A stretch of 64,000 bases of DNA from Planctomycetota bacterium (GTDB taxonomy: Bacteria; Planctomycetota; UBA11346), in contig JBBRLJ010000021.1 of assembly GCA_038231435.1 (NCBI GenBank), positions 1 through 64,000 of the forward strand, in the 5' to 3' direction. Positions 11,582 through 20,347 of the stretch are shown one piece after another. Each line of letters begins with the position of its first letter. The first letter of the stretch is position 1. Below the pieces are notes generated by a model. That model did no database searches and was not told where the DNA came from. It was given only the letters and a program-made list of their open reading frames with translations. Both the position numbers and the translations under genes were made by a program.

Positions 11582-12441
11582 GGCGACTCCTGGTTGTCGG
11601 GACCTGCGGCGACGTCGACGCCCGGGCGCCGCGCGCGCTTCGAGCCGGTCGAGCTCTTGGCCAGGCGCCCTGCCGCCTGGACGCGCAGGGCGTCGTCCAT
11701 GCCCATGCCCATGTGCAGGGTCATGGCACGTCGTGCGTCTGCCGGATTTCGCCGGACTATGGCGTCGTGGATCTGCTCGTGCACCGCGAAGGACATGCCC
11801 GCGTCGAGGACGCCCGGCCCCGAGGCTTGGATGGTGGCGCGGATGCCGTCGTGCAGGCAGCTCATCATGCGTTCGAGCACCAGGCTCTGCGCCGCCCTGG
11901 CGATGGCTTCGTGGAAGCGCAGGTTCGCGGCGATCGCCTCGGCGGCGGTGGGCGGAATCCCGCGCATGCCGTCGAGCGCGTCGCCGATCGCGATGACGTC
12001 GGCATCGGTGCGCCGCTCGGCGGCGCGGCCGACCAGGTGGACCTCGATCAGTTCTCGGGTCTCGTAGAGGTCGACAATGGTCGGGCGATCCAGGAGCAGC
12101 AGGAACTCGAACGATGACTTCAGGATCCGCGAACTCGAGCGGGCGACGTTGGTACCCGAGCCGTGGCGGGTCTCGAGGGCGCCGATCACTGCGAGGGTGC
12201 GCAGCGCCTCACGCAGCGACGGGCGACTGACGCCGAGCTGGATGGCCAGATCGCGCTCGCTGGGCAGCTGCATGCCGGGCCGGTAAGTGCCGTCTGAGAT
12301 CAAGCGTTTGATGCGCTCGATGACGTCGTCGCCGACGCGCGCCGCGCGCTGTTTCCTCTGAGTCTGTGGTCGCGTCTGCTTGCGGATCGGCGCGCGCACG
12401 GTGCTGACGGAGGCGCGGTTGAGTGAGGGCGGCACGCGCAA
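11578..12441 (-). CDS. FadR/GntR-family transcriptional regulator (start uncertain)
   Basis: LPSERDLAIQLGVSRPSLREALRTL wHTH and an FCD domain (LRFHEAIA...HEQIHDAI). Confidence 0.92.
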   Translation of the reverse strand: MRVPPSLNRASVSTVRAPIRKQTRPQTQRKQRAARVGDDVIERIKRLISDGTYRPGMQLPSERDLAIQLGVSRPSLREALRTLAVIGALETRHGSGTNVARSSSRILKSSFEFLLLLDRPTIVDLYETRELIEVHLVGRAAERRTDADVIAIGDALDGMRGIPPTAAEAIAANLRFHEAIARAAQSLVLERMMSCLHDGIRATIQASGPGVLDAGMSFAVHEQIHDAIVRRNPADARRAMTLHMGMGMDDALRVQAAGRLAKSSTGSKRARRPGVDVAAGPDNQESP

Positions 12442-12449
12442 GGTCTTAC

Positions 12450-12460
12450 TGGTATGACCA
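12450..12460. promoter_or_regulatory. FadR-type operator
   Basis: TGGTATGACCA (TGGT-N3-ACCA, PdhR/LldR-like) in the divergent intergenic region. Confidence 0.65.
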
Positions 12461-12587
12461 GACGAGGCAACCGCGGAGCGTCACTGGTACGGGAATAGAT
12501 AAATTGGTACAAATCAAGCATGTTTATCTGAAATCAATGAATCGTCATTGCGGCCGGCGAGCTCAGGCAATGCTCCGCGCCAGAAAG

Positions 12588-12598
12588 TGGTCAGACCA
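12588..12598. promoter_or_regulatory. FadR-type operator
   Basis: TGGTCAGACCA directly before the SDR start codon. Confidence 0.65.
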
Positions 12599-12601
12599 AT
12601 C

Positions 12602-13396
12602 ATGGACACCGCGACATCTGCTTCCTCCGGCCTCCTGCGCGACCGTACCGCCCTGGTGATCGGCGGCGCGCGCGGTCTCGGCCGCGCCATCGCCCTGCTG
12701 TTCGCGCACGAGGACGCGCTGGTGACGATCGCCGATCTCGACGCCGCCGCCGCCGAGTCGGCCCAGCGTGAGATCGCGCCGACCGGCGTATCGGTGCGGG
12801 TCGACGTCGCCGACCCGGCATCGAGCGGCGCGGCGGTCGCGGACGTGGTCCGACGCCACGGGCGGCTCGACATCCTGGTCAATTGCGCAGCCATCTGCCT
12901 GGTGGATCCGCTGCTCGAGGTCACGCCCGAGCGCTGGGACCGGGTATTCGCGGTGAACGCGCGCGGCGCGTTCTTCTGCATGCAGCACGCGGCGCGCGCG
13001 ATGGTGCCGCGCGGATACGGCCGCATCATCAACGTCTCCACGCCGGCATCGCGCATGGGCTTCCCGCTGTTCGCCTCCTACGGCGCCAGCAAGGCCGCGG
13101 TCGACAGCATGACCCGTTCAGCCGCGCTCGCATGGGCGGCGCAGGGGATCACGGTGAACGCCATCGTGCCGGGCCGCATGACCGGCGGCATGATCGATGC
13201 GCTCGAGCAGGACCTGCAGAAGGTCACCGGCAAGCCCGCGGCCGAACTGGCGGCCGATCGCACCAAGGGCTTGCCGATGGGGCGGCGCGTGGATCCAGCG
13301 GAGGTCGCACGCGCCGCGCTATGGTTGGCGTCCGAGGCGGCGGCATACGTCACGGCCGAGCGCTTCAATTTCACCGGCGGCATGGAGGTCGCATGA
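12602..13396 (+). CDS. Short-chain dehydrogenase/reductase
   Basis: GGARGLG, LDILVNCA and YGASK motifs. Confidence 0.93.
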   Translation: MDTATSASSGLLRDRTALVIGGARGLGRAIALLFAHEDALVTIADLDAAAAESAQREIAPTGVSVRVDVADPASSGAAVADVVRRHGRLDILVNCAAICLVDPLLEVTPERWDRVFAVNARGAFFCMQHAARAMVPRGYGRIINVSTPASRMGFPLFASYGASKAAVDSMTRSAALAWAAQGITVNAIVPGRMTGGMIDALEQDLQKVTGKPAAELAADRTKGLPMGRRVDPAEVARAALWLASEAAAYVTAERFNFTGGMEVA

Positions 13397-14268
13397 GCGT
13401 TCCCGCGGTTTCCATCGCAAATGCCGCCAACGCCGCCAACTCCGCTCGGCTCGCTCGGCTGCAGGCGAAGGCGCGTACCCTGCGCCTGCACGTCCTGCGC
13501 ATGGCCGAGCGCGTCGGGCAGGGCTATGTCGGCCAGGGCCTGGGCATCGCCGATCTGCTCGCGGTGATCTACTTCGACGCCATGCGCTATGATCCGCAGC
13601 GCCTGGATTGGCCCGAGCGCGACCGCTTCGTGCTGTCGATCGGGCACTACTCGATCGCGCTGTACGCCGCGCTCGCCGAGGCCGGCGTCTTCCCGCTCGA
13701 CGAGATGGATAGCTATGGCGCGGATGGTTCGCGCCTCGAGATGTCCGGCAGCGAGATCACGCCCGGCTTCGAGATGACCGGCGGCTCGCTCGGCCACGGC
13801 CTGGGGCAGGCGGTGGGCATGGCGATCGGCCATCGCCTCGCTGGACGCGCCAGCCGCACCTTTCTGCTCATGTCCGACGGCGAATTGCAGGAAGGGTCGA
13901 CCTGGGAAGCGGCGATGGCCGGGGCGCACTACCATCTCGATACCCTGATCGCCTTCATCGACTGCAACAACCAGCAGGCCGACGGCCCGCCCGCCTCGGT
14001 GATGGGCATCGAGCCGGTCCATGACAAATGGGCGGCGTTCGGCTGGCATGTCCAGCGCATCGACGGCAACGACATCGGCGCGATCGTCGCGGCGGTCGCG
14101 ATCGCCCAGGCCTCGTCTGGCAGACCACACGCCATCGTGCTCGACACGCTGATGGGCAAGGGCGTGCCGTTGTTCGAGAAACGCGAGAAGAACCACTTCA
14201 TCCGCGTCGCGCCAGAGGAATGGGCGCAGGCGCGCCTGCAGGCGGCCGGCCACGATCCCGCGCGCTGA
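13393..14268 (+). CDS. Split transketolase, N-terminal (ThDP-binding) subunit
   Basis: DRFVLSIGHY, GSLGHGL and SDGELQEGSTWEA...N motifs; ATGA overlap with the SDR. Confidence 0.92.
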   Translation: MSVPAVSIANAANAANSARLARLQAKARTLRLHVLRMAERVGQGYVGQGLGIADLLAVIYFDAMRYDPQRLDWPERDRFVLSIGHYSIALYAALAEAGVFPLDEMDSYGADGSRLEMSGSEITPGFEMTGGSLGHGLGQAVGMAIGHRLAGRASRTFLLMSDGELQEGSTWEAAMAGAHYHLDTLIAFIDCNNQQADGPPASVMGIEPVHDKWAAFGWHVQRIDGNDIGAIVAAVAIAQASSGRPHAIVLDTLMGKGVPLFEKREKNHFIRVAPEEWAQARLQAAGHDPAR

Positions 14269-14329
14269 ACCGGGCGCACCGCCGCTTCGACCGTATCGAC
14301 CTCTTCATCTCAGTACTCACGAGGCCACC

Positions 14330-15370
14330 ATGTCGGCAACCGCCATCCCCGCATCCCCGAGCTCCGCCGCGAGGGGAACGACCGGCAGCATCCTGACTTC
14401 TGATACCGCAGGGGCGGCCAATCTCGCCACGGCGCCGTTCGGGCATGCGCTGGTCGCGGCCGGGGAGCGCGATCCGCGCATCGTCGGCCTGACCGCCGAT
14501 CTCGGCAAATACACCGACATGCACGTGTTCTCGGCACGATTCCCCGAACGCTTCGTGCAGGTGGGCATGGCCGAGCAGAACCTGATCGGCATCGCGGCCG
14601 GGCTGGCGCGCACCGGGCACGTGCCGTTCGCCACCACCTATTGCGTCTTCGCCACGCGCCGCGCGTACGATTTCATCGCCATCGGCGCCGCGCTCGGCCG
14701 CGCCAACGTCAAGATCGTCGCCGGCCTGCCCGGCTTGACCACCGGCTACGGCGGCACTCACCAGGGCATCGAGGACCTCGCGCTGATGCGCGCGGTGCCC
14801 GGCCTGACGGTGATCGATCCCTGCGACGCGACCGAGATGGCGCAGGCCACCGACGCCGCCGCGCGCCACGATGGCCCGGTGTACCTGCGGCTGCTGCGCG
14901 GGCAGGTGCCGGTGGTATTCGATCCCGCCACGCACCGCTTCGAGATCGGCAAGGCGAGGCTGCTACGCGAGGGGTCCGACGTCGCCATCGTCTCGACCGG
15001 ACTGATGACCGCGCGCGCGCTCGACGCCGCGGCCACGCTCGCGCGCGAGGGGGTGCGGGTGGCGGTCCTGCACATGCCGACCATCAAACCCTTCGATCGC
15101 GACGCCCTGCTGGAACTGGCCACGCGCGTGCCGCGTCTGGTCACCGCCGAGAACCACGTCGTCACCGGCGGCCTGGCCAGCGCCGTCGCCGACGCCCTCG
15201 CCGACGAGGGTCTGGCCGTGCGGCTGCAGCGCATCGGCATCCCTGACTGCTTCTGCGACAGCGGCTCGCTGCCCTTCCTGGTCAAGCGCTACCGCATGGA
15301 CGCCGACAGCATCGCGGCCGCGGCGCGCGCCGTCATGCAGCCCCGCGCCCCGCGCATCCCGACGCAATAA
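14330..15370 (+). CDS. Split transketolase, C-terminal subunit
   Basis: GMAEQNL, GGTHQGIED, GPVYLRL, TIKPFD and AENH..GGL motifs. Confidence 0.92.
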   Translation: MSATAIPASPSSAARGTTGSILTSDTAGAANLATAPFGHALVAAGERDPRIVGLTADLGKYTDMHVFSARFPERFVQVGMAEQNLIGIAAGLARTGHVPFATTYCVFATRRAYDFIAIGAALGRANVKIVAGLPGLTTGYGGTHQGIEDLALMRAVPGLTVIDPCDATEMAQATDAAARHDGPVYLRLLRGQVPVVFDPATHRFEIGKARLLREGSDVAIVSTGLMTARALDAAATLAREGVRVAVLHMPTIKPFDRDALLELATRVPRLVTAENHVVTGGLASAVADALADEGLAVRLQRIGIPDCFCDSGSLPFLVKRYRMDADSIAAAARAVMQPRAPRIPTQ

Positions 15371-15402
15371 GCCGATGCCGCGCCGAGGGCGTTCGCATCA
15401 GT

Positions 15403-15457
15403 TTCAGTCTTCAGTCTTCAGTCTTTGATCGTCCTGCTTCCCACTTCCCACTTCCCG
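15403..15457. repeat. Short heptamer tandem repeats
   Basis: (TTCAGTC)x3 followed by (CTTCCCA/G)x3 in the intergenic gap. Confidence 0.75.
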
Positions 15458-15490
15458 CTTCGTACCTCCCGTCTCCCCCGGAGTCATCCC

Positions 15491-16708
15491 ATGCGCATCA
15501 CCCGCATCGACACCTTTCCGGTCAGCGCCGGTTGGAAGAACTGGCTGTTCGTGAAGGTCCATACCGATGCCGGCATCCACGGCACCGGCGAGGGCACGCT
15601 CAACGGTTTCATCCGCACCACCGAGGCGGGCGTGCGCGAGCTCGAGCACCTCGCCATCGGGCAGGATCCCCGCCAGGTGCGCCGGCTCGCGAACCGGTTG
15701 ATGGAGCGGGTCTCGCTCGACGGCGGACACATCCACCGCACCGTGGTGGCTGCCATCGAGGTCGCCTGCTGGGACATCCTCGGCAAATCGCTCGGCGTGC
15801 CCATCCACCAGCTGCTCGGCGGCAGGGTGCGCGACTCGGTGCTCGGCTACGCCAATGGCTGGTACCGCACCGAGCGCACGCCCGCGCACTTCCTGGCCGC
15901 GGCGCGCTCTGCGGTCGCGCTCGGGTTCCATGCGCTCAAGCTCGATCCGTTCGGCACCGCGCAGGGTTTCATCGAGGACTCTGAGCTGCGCCTGGCGCGC
16001 GAGATCCTGGCGGCGATCCGCCGCGAATTCCCCGCCGTGCGCATCCTCATCGACGTGCACGCGCGCTTCACCGAGTCAGACGCGCTACGCGCGGCGCGCG
16101 CGCTCGCGGATCTCGACATCTACTGGTGGGAGGAGCCGACTACGCGCGAGCGTGAGCAGCCGGCGAACGCGGTGGCGGCGCAGTGCCCGATCCGCGTCGC
16201 CACCGGCGAGATGTACGACACGGTCGGCCAGTTCTTCACGCTCGCGGCCGGCGGCGGGGTGAACATCTTCCAGCCCGAGCCGATGTCCCTCGGCGGCATC
16301 GGCAACACCCTGGCGGTGGCGCACCTGGCCGCCGCGCATGGCAGCTGGATCGCGCCCCACCAGAGCGGTGGGCCGGTGGCGACCGCGGTCTGTCTGCAGC
16401 TGGCGGCCTGCGTGCCGAATTTCCTCATCCAGGAACACTTCCTGCCCTTCAACGAGCCGTGGACGATCGACCTGGTGACCTGGACGCCGACGATCGATCC
16501 CACCAATGGGCACCTGTCGCTGCCCGACGGCCCCGGTCTGGGGATCGAGCTGGTCGAGGAGGTCGCGCGCGCGCATCCGTACGATCCCAATGCCTACTTG
16601 GACGTGCACCGCGAGGGCTGGGAGAAGCGCCTTGGGCAGGCCGCGGCGACCGGCGCTGGAAGCACATCAGGAAGCAGTACCGGAACCAGCAAGAGCTCGG
16701 CGCGATGA
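15491..16708 (+). CDS. Mandelate racemase-subgroup enzyme (galactonate dehydratase-like)
   Basis: WLFVKVHTDAGIHGTGE, WDILGKSLGVPIHQLLGG, YANGWY, KLDPFG, DVH, EEP, ATGE and APH motifs. Confidence 0.9.
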   Translation: MRITRIDTFPVSAGWKNWLFVKVHTDAGIHGTGEGTLNGFIRTTEAGVRELEHLAIGQDPRQVRRLANRLMERVSLDGGHIHRTVVAAIEVACWDILGKSLGVPIHQLLGGRVRDSVLGYANGWYRTERTPAHFLAAARSAVALGFHALKLDPFGTAQGFIEDSELRLAREILAAIRREFPAVRILIDVHARFTESDALRAARALADLDIYWWEEPTTREREQPANAVAAQCPIRVATGEMYDTVGQFFTLAAGGGVNIFQPEPMSLGGIGNTLAVAHLAAAHGSWIAPHQSGGPVATAVCLQLAACVPNFLIQEHFLPFNEPWTIDLVTWTPTIDPTNGHLSLPDGPGLGIELVEEVARAHPYDPNAYLDVHREGWEKRLGQAAATGAGSTSGSSTGTSKSSAR

Positions 16709-17904
16709 TCATCACCGCGATCGAGACGCTGCGCGTTCCCGAGCATCCGAACTCGTTGTGGGTGCTGGTGCATAGCGACGACGGGCTGGTCGGCCTGGGC
16801 GAGACCTATTATCTGCCTGCGGCGGTCGAGGCGGTGATCCACGACTTCGCCGCGCCGCTCATGCTCGGGGGCCGGGTATTCGACCGCGAACTGCACTGGC
16901 AGACGCTGTTCTCGCACGCGAATTTCTTCGGCTTCGCGGGAGCCGAGATGCGCGCGGTGTCGGCGCTCGACATCGCGCTGTGGGATCTCATCGGCCAGCA
17001 CACCGGGCTGCCGATCTGCGATCTCGTCGGCGGGCGCTGTCGGGACACCATCCCGGTCTACAACACCTGCGTGAACACGCCGCTCTACGACGACCAGGAC
17101 GCCTTCATCTCACGTGCTGGCGCGCTCGCCGAGTCGCTGCTCGCCGAGGGCATCACCCACATGAAGGTGTGGCCGTGGGACCGCTTCGCGCCACAGCGCA
17201 AGACGCCCGGCCACTCTCCCGGCCAGGTGGGGCCTGCGGGCTGGTCGGCGGTAGGTCCGCCCGGGCACCGTCTGAGCGGACCGGATCTTTCCGCCGGGCT
17301 CGACACCGTGCGCGCGATCCGCGCCGCGGTCGGCGAGCGCATGGCGATATCGATCGAAGGGCATGCTCGCTGGGATCTGCCATGCGCGATCGCGATCGCG
17401 CGCGCGGTCGAGCCGTACGGCGTCGCCTGGATGGAGGACATGATCCAGCCCGACAGCGCCGGCGATCTCGAGCGCCTGGCGCGCGAGACGCGCGCGCCGC
17501 AGGCGGTGAGCGAGCGGCTGATCTCGCGCTACGCCTTCCGCGATGTGCTCGAACGCGGCGCCGCCCAGGTGGTGCTCTTCGACGCGATCTGGACCGGCGG
17601 CATCACCGAGTCGATCAAGATCGCCACGCTCGCCGACACCTATCACCTGCCCTTCGCGCCGCATGACTGCACCGGCCCGGTCAACGTCCTCGCCTGCCTG
17701 CACCTGTGCGCAGCCCTGCCCAACGCCATGACCATGGAGATCGTGCGCGGCTTCATCAAGGGCTGGTACCTCGACATCCTCGACCGGCCGATCGCCATCG
17801 ACTCCGGACAGGCGGCGCTCGATTTCGGCCCCGGTCTCGGCGCCAAGCTCAATCCGAAGCTGCTCGCCCGCCCCGACCTCGCGCGCCGGATCAGCAAGCG
17901 CTAG
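16705..17904 (+). CDS. Second mandelate racemase/MLE-family acid-sugar dehydratase
   Basis: GLVGLGETYY, ALWDLIGQ, MKVWPWD, EGH, WMED, VSER and APHDCTGP motifs; ATGA overlap with the previous gene. Confidence 0.9.
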   Translation: MIITAIETLRVPEHPNSLWVLVHSDDGLVGLGETYYLPAAVEAVIHDFAAPLMLGGRVFDRELHWQTLFSHANFFGFAGAEMRAVSALDIALWDLIGQHTGLPICDLVGGRCRDTIPVYNTCVNTPLYDDQDAFISRAGALAESLLAEGITHMKVWPWDRFAPQRKTPGHSPGQVGPAGWSAVGPPGHRLSGPDLSAGLDTVRAIRAAVGERMAISIEGHARWDLPCAIAIARAVEPYGVAWMEDMIQPDSAGDLERLARETRAPQAVSERLISRYAFRDVLERGAAQVVLFDAIWTGGITESIKIATLADTYHLPFAPHDCTGPVNVLACLHLCAALPNAMTMEIVRGFIKGWYLDILDRPIAIDSGQAALDFGPGLGAKLNPKLLARPDLARRISKR

Positions 17905-18035
17905 GTACCGAAGCCCTCCAGGAGATGGTGGGGCCGGAGGCGTCGAGGAAATCTCGGTGATGGAAGGCGGGAAGGCCGGTAATTACGCCGCTATTCAGTC
18001 AAGAGCGCTGCTATGGCGGCGCTGAATTCCGACGC

Positions 18036-19073
18036 CTATTCCGGACCCTTCACCCTGGCGAGGATGCCGATCTTCGCAAACTTCTGCTTCGCGGCCTCGG
18101 CCTCGTCCTTGGTAGCTCCCTTGAGCACCGGGATGATGACCTTCTTCGACAGCGAGTCAGCCTCGTCCTTGGTGATCTTCGCCAGATCGGCGATCAGTTC
18201 GATGGCCTTGGTGCGCTTCGCCTCGTCGGCGATCTTGGCGAGGAACACCGAGAACCCGCCCGAGCCGTTGGTCGCGGTGGGGGCTCCGACCACGGGCGTG
18301 CGCCGCGAGCCGGAGGTCGCGGGCTTCCCCGCGGCGGCGGGCGCGGCGTCGTCGTCGGGCAGCAGGCGGTCGAGGATGTTGGTGATGTCCTCGTTGTTCG
18401 GCACGAAGCCGGGCGAGTCCTCCTCGGGGAAGAGCTCGCCGAGGCGCGCGGCCGGATCATCGGAACCATCTTTAGCCGCGGGCGCGCTCGGCGCCGGAGT
18501 CATGGATTTCCCCGGCAGCACGGGATTGGAGAACGGAGTGATCTCCGGCATCGGGATGCTCTTGAACTCGGCCGCCGGAGCAGGCGTGCGCTGCGGTGCC
18601 GCGACCACCCGCGGTGCGGATGCCGCCGGCTTGATGCCGATCACCACCTCGACTTCATCCAGGTCACCGCTGACGGTCGCCTGGCTGCTGTTGAGACCGG
18701 CGAGCAGGAGATCGATCAGGGTGTGGCGGCGTCCATCGGGACCCGGCACCGAGGTCTGCAGATCCTCTAAGTGCTCGGTGATCTCGCGCTTGAACACCAA
18801 CGGGCGGCGCGGCCAATCGATCTTCGGCAGATCACCGAGATCGGCGGTCGAGAATTCGATCACGCCGCCGAGACGCTGGATACCGGAGAGGGTCAGGCTC
18901 AACGCCGCCGCTTCCTCGCGCGCAAGCCCCGAGACCAGGATGATCGGCGCCGACGCCGAGATCGCGGTGCAGGTGCTTTCCTTGAGGCTGAACGCCTTGC
19001 CGAGGAATACGGCGACGCCGGTTCGGCTCGCCGGAGGGCAGTCGCGCAGGATGATGGTATAGGTCGCGCTCAT
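18036..19073 (-). CDS. Protein with ribosomal L7/L12 C-terminal (ClpS-like) domains and an acidic Pro-rich linker
   Basis: C-terminal AIELIADLAKITKDEA...PVLKGATKDEAEAAKQKFAKIG; similar N-terminal APIILVSGLAREEA. Confidence 0.6.
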   Translation of the reverse strand: MSATYTIILRDCPPASRTGVAVFLGKAFSLKESTCTAISASAPIILVSGLAREEAAALSLTLSGIQRLGGVIEFSTADLGDLPKIDWPRRPLVFKREITEHLEDLQTSVPGPDGRRHTLIDLLLAGLNSSQATVSGDLDEVEVVIGIKPAASAPRVVAAPQRTPAPAAEFKSIPMPEITPFSNPVLPGKSMTPAPSAPAAKDGSDDPAARLGELFPEEDSPGFVPNNEDITNILDRLLPDDDAAPAAAGKPATSGSRRTPVVGAPTATNGSGGFSVFLAKIADEAKRTKAIELIADLAKITKDEADSLSKKVIIPVLKGATKDEAEAAKQKFAKIGILARVKGPE

Positions 19074-19305
19074 GTGCCCTGGTCCGGCATGATTCCCCTG
19101 CAACCGCCAGTGTCAATTCAACGTACGCGCTGGCGACCCGGGACGTTGACCGACGGAGGTGCCGATCGGACGTGCTGGTGGCCGCGAAGGATCTGGTGGC
19201 TGCCTGCTAGTGTACCAGGTCTCTGGGTCGGGTGCCATCGGTTGAGGGGGTTTTCCGGCCGAGGCATTTCACTGGCCCGGGCCAGTTGCGGACGAAACTG
19301 CCCAC

Positions 19306-19692
19306 ATGGGCATCATCCGTTGCGCTTCCCCAGGGGAACTGGAGCCGATTCTGCAACAGTTGGCGCGCGAGCGTGGATCGGCCCTGTTCGTGTTCTTCGG
19401 CTCCGAGGACCCTCAAACGGGTCAGAGCTGGTGCCCGGACTGCGTCACCGCCGACCCCGTGCTTCGCCGATCGTGCCGGGACCTGCGTCCCGACCTCGTC
19501 CTGTACGAATGTCCGGTCGGCATCCGCTCGGAATGGAAGAACCGTCCAGAGCATCCGTACCGCGTACACCCGGCGCTGCGTCTCCAGCGAATCCCTACGC
19601 TCATCTTCCTCCATGACGGCTGCGAACGCGGTCGCCTGGTCGAGGGCGACTGCGCGAAGCCCGAATCGGTGAAGGCGTTCCTCGCCCGCTGA
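19306..19692 (+). CDS. TRP14/TXNDC17-like thioredoxin (DUF953)
   Basis: GQSWCPDCVTADPV, VG.RSEWKN..HPYR and LQRIPTLI motifs. Confidence 0.8.
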   Translation: MGIIRCASPGELEPILQQLARERGSALFVFFGSEDPQTGQSWCPDCVTADPVLRRSCRDLRPDLVLYECPVGIRSEWKNRPEHPYRVHPALRLQRIPTLIFLHDGCERGRLVEGDCAKPESVKAFLAR

Positions 19693-19759
19693 GGGCTCGG
19701 ACCGCACCAGCGTGCGGCAGCTAGCGCTCGAGGCGCTGGGGGCCACACTGCCGACGCCC

Positions 19760-20278
19760 ATGGCCAAGAAACCCGCCAAGACCGACAAAGCCAAGCCGGC
19801 CAAGGAGAAGGCCGAGGAGGTGCAGCAGATCCTGCACAACCGCAAGCTACGCCACGACTATGCGGTGCTCGAGACCTGGGAGGCGGGCATGGTGCTGATG
19901 GGCAGCGAGGTCAAGAGCCTGCGCAATGGCGACGTGCAGTGGGGCGATGCCCACGCGCGTCTCGACCACAAGGGCGAGTTGTGGCTCTACGGCTTGCACA
20001 TCGGCGAGTATCGCCAGGCCGGCACCTTCGGCCACGAGCCCGCGCAGCCGCGCAAGCTGATGCTCAACCGCAAGGAGCTCGACAAGCTGGCGGGCATGAT
20101 CAAAGGCAAGGGCCTGACCATCATCCCGGAACGGCTGCTGTTCCGGCGCGGCTGGGCGAAGATCGTCATCTGCATGGCGAAGGGCAAGACGCGCGGCGAC
20201 AAGCGCCAGGATCTGATGGAGCGCGCCACCAATCGCGACGTCGAGCGCGAGTTGGCGAGGCGCATGAAGCGGAGCTGA
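19760..20278 (+). CDS. smpB: SsrA-binding protein SmpB
   Basis: NRKLRHDY...EAGMVLMGSEVKSLR, HIGEY, RKLMLNRKE and KGK..DKR motifs. Confidence 0.95.
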   Translation: MAKKPAKTDKAKPAKEKAEEVQQILHNRKLRHDYAVLETWEAGMVLMGSEVKSLRNGDVQWGDAHARLDHKGELWLYGLHIGEYRQAGTFGHEPAQPRKLMLNRKELDKLAGMIKGKGLTIIPERLLFRRGWAKIVICMAKGKTRGDKRQDLMERATNRDVERELARRMKRS

Positions 20279-20347
20279 GAGCAGCTCGGCTGGGAGATGG
20301 AAAGCCCGGCCCCGCGCCGATCGCGCGAGGCCAGGCGAACGGTCAGG

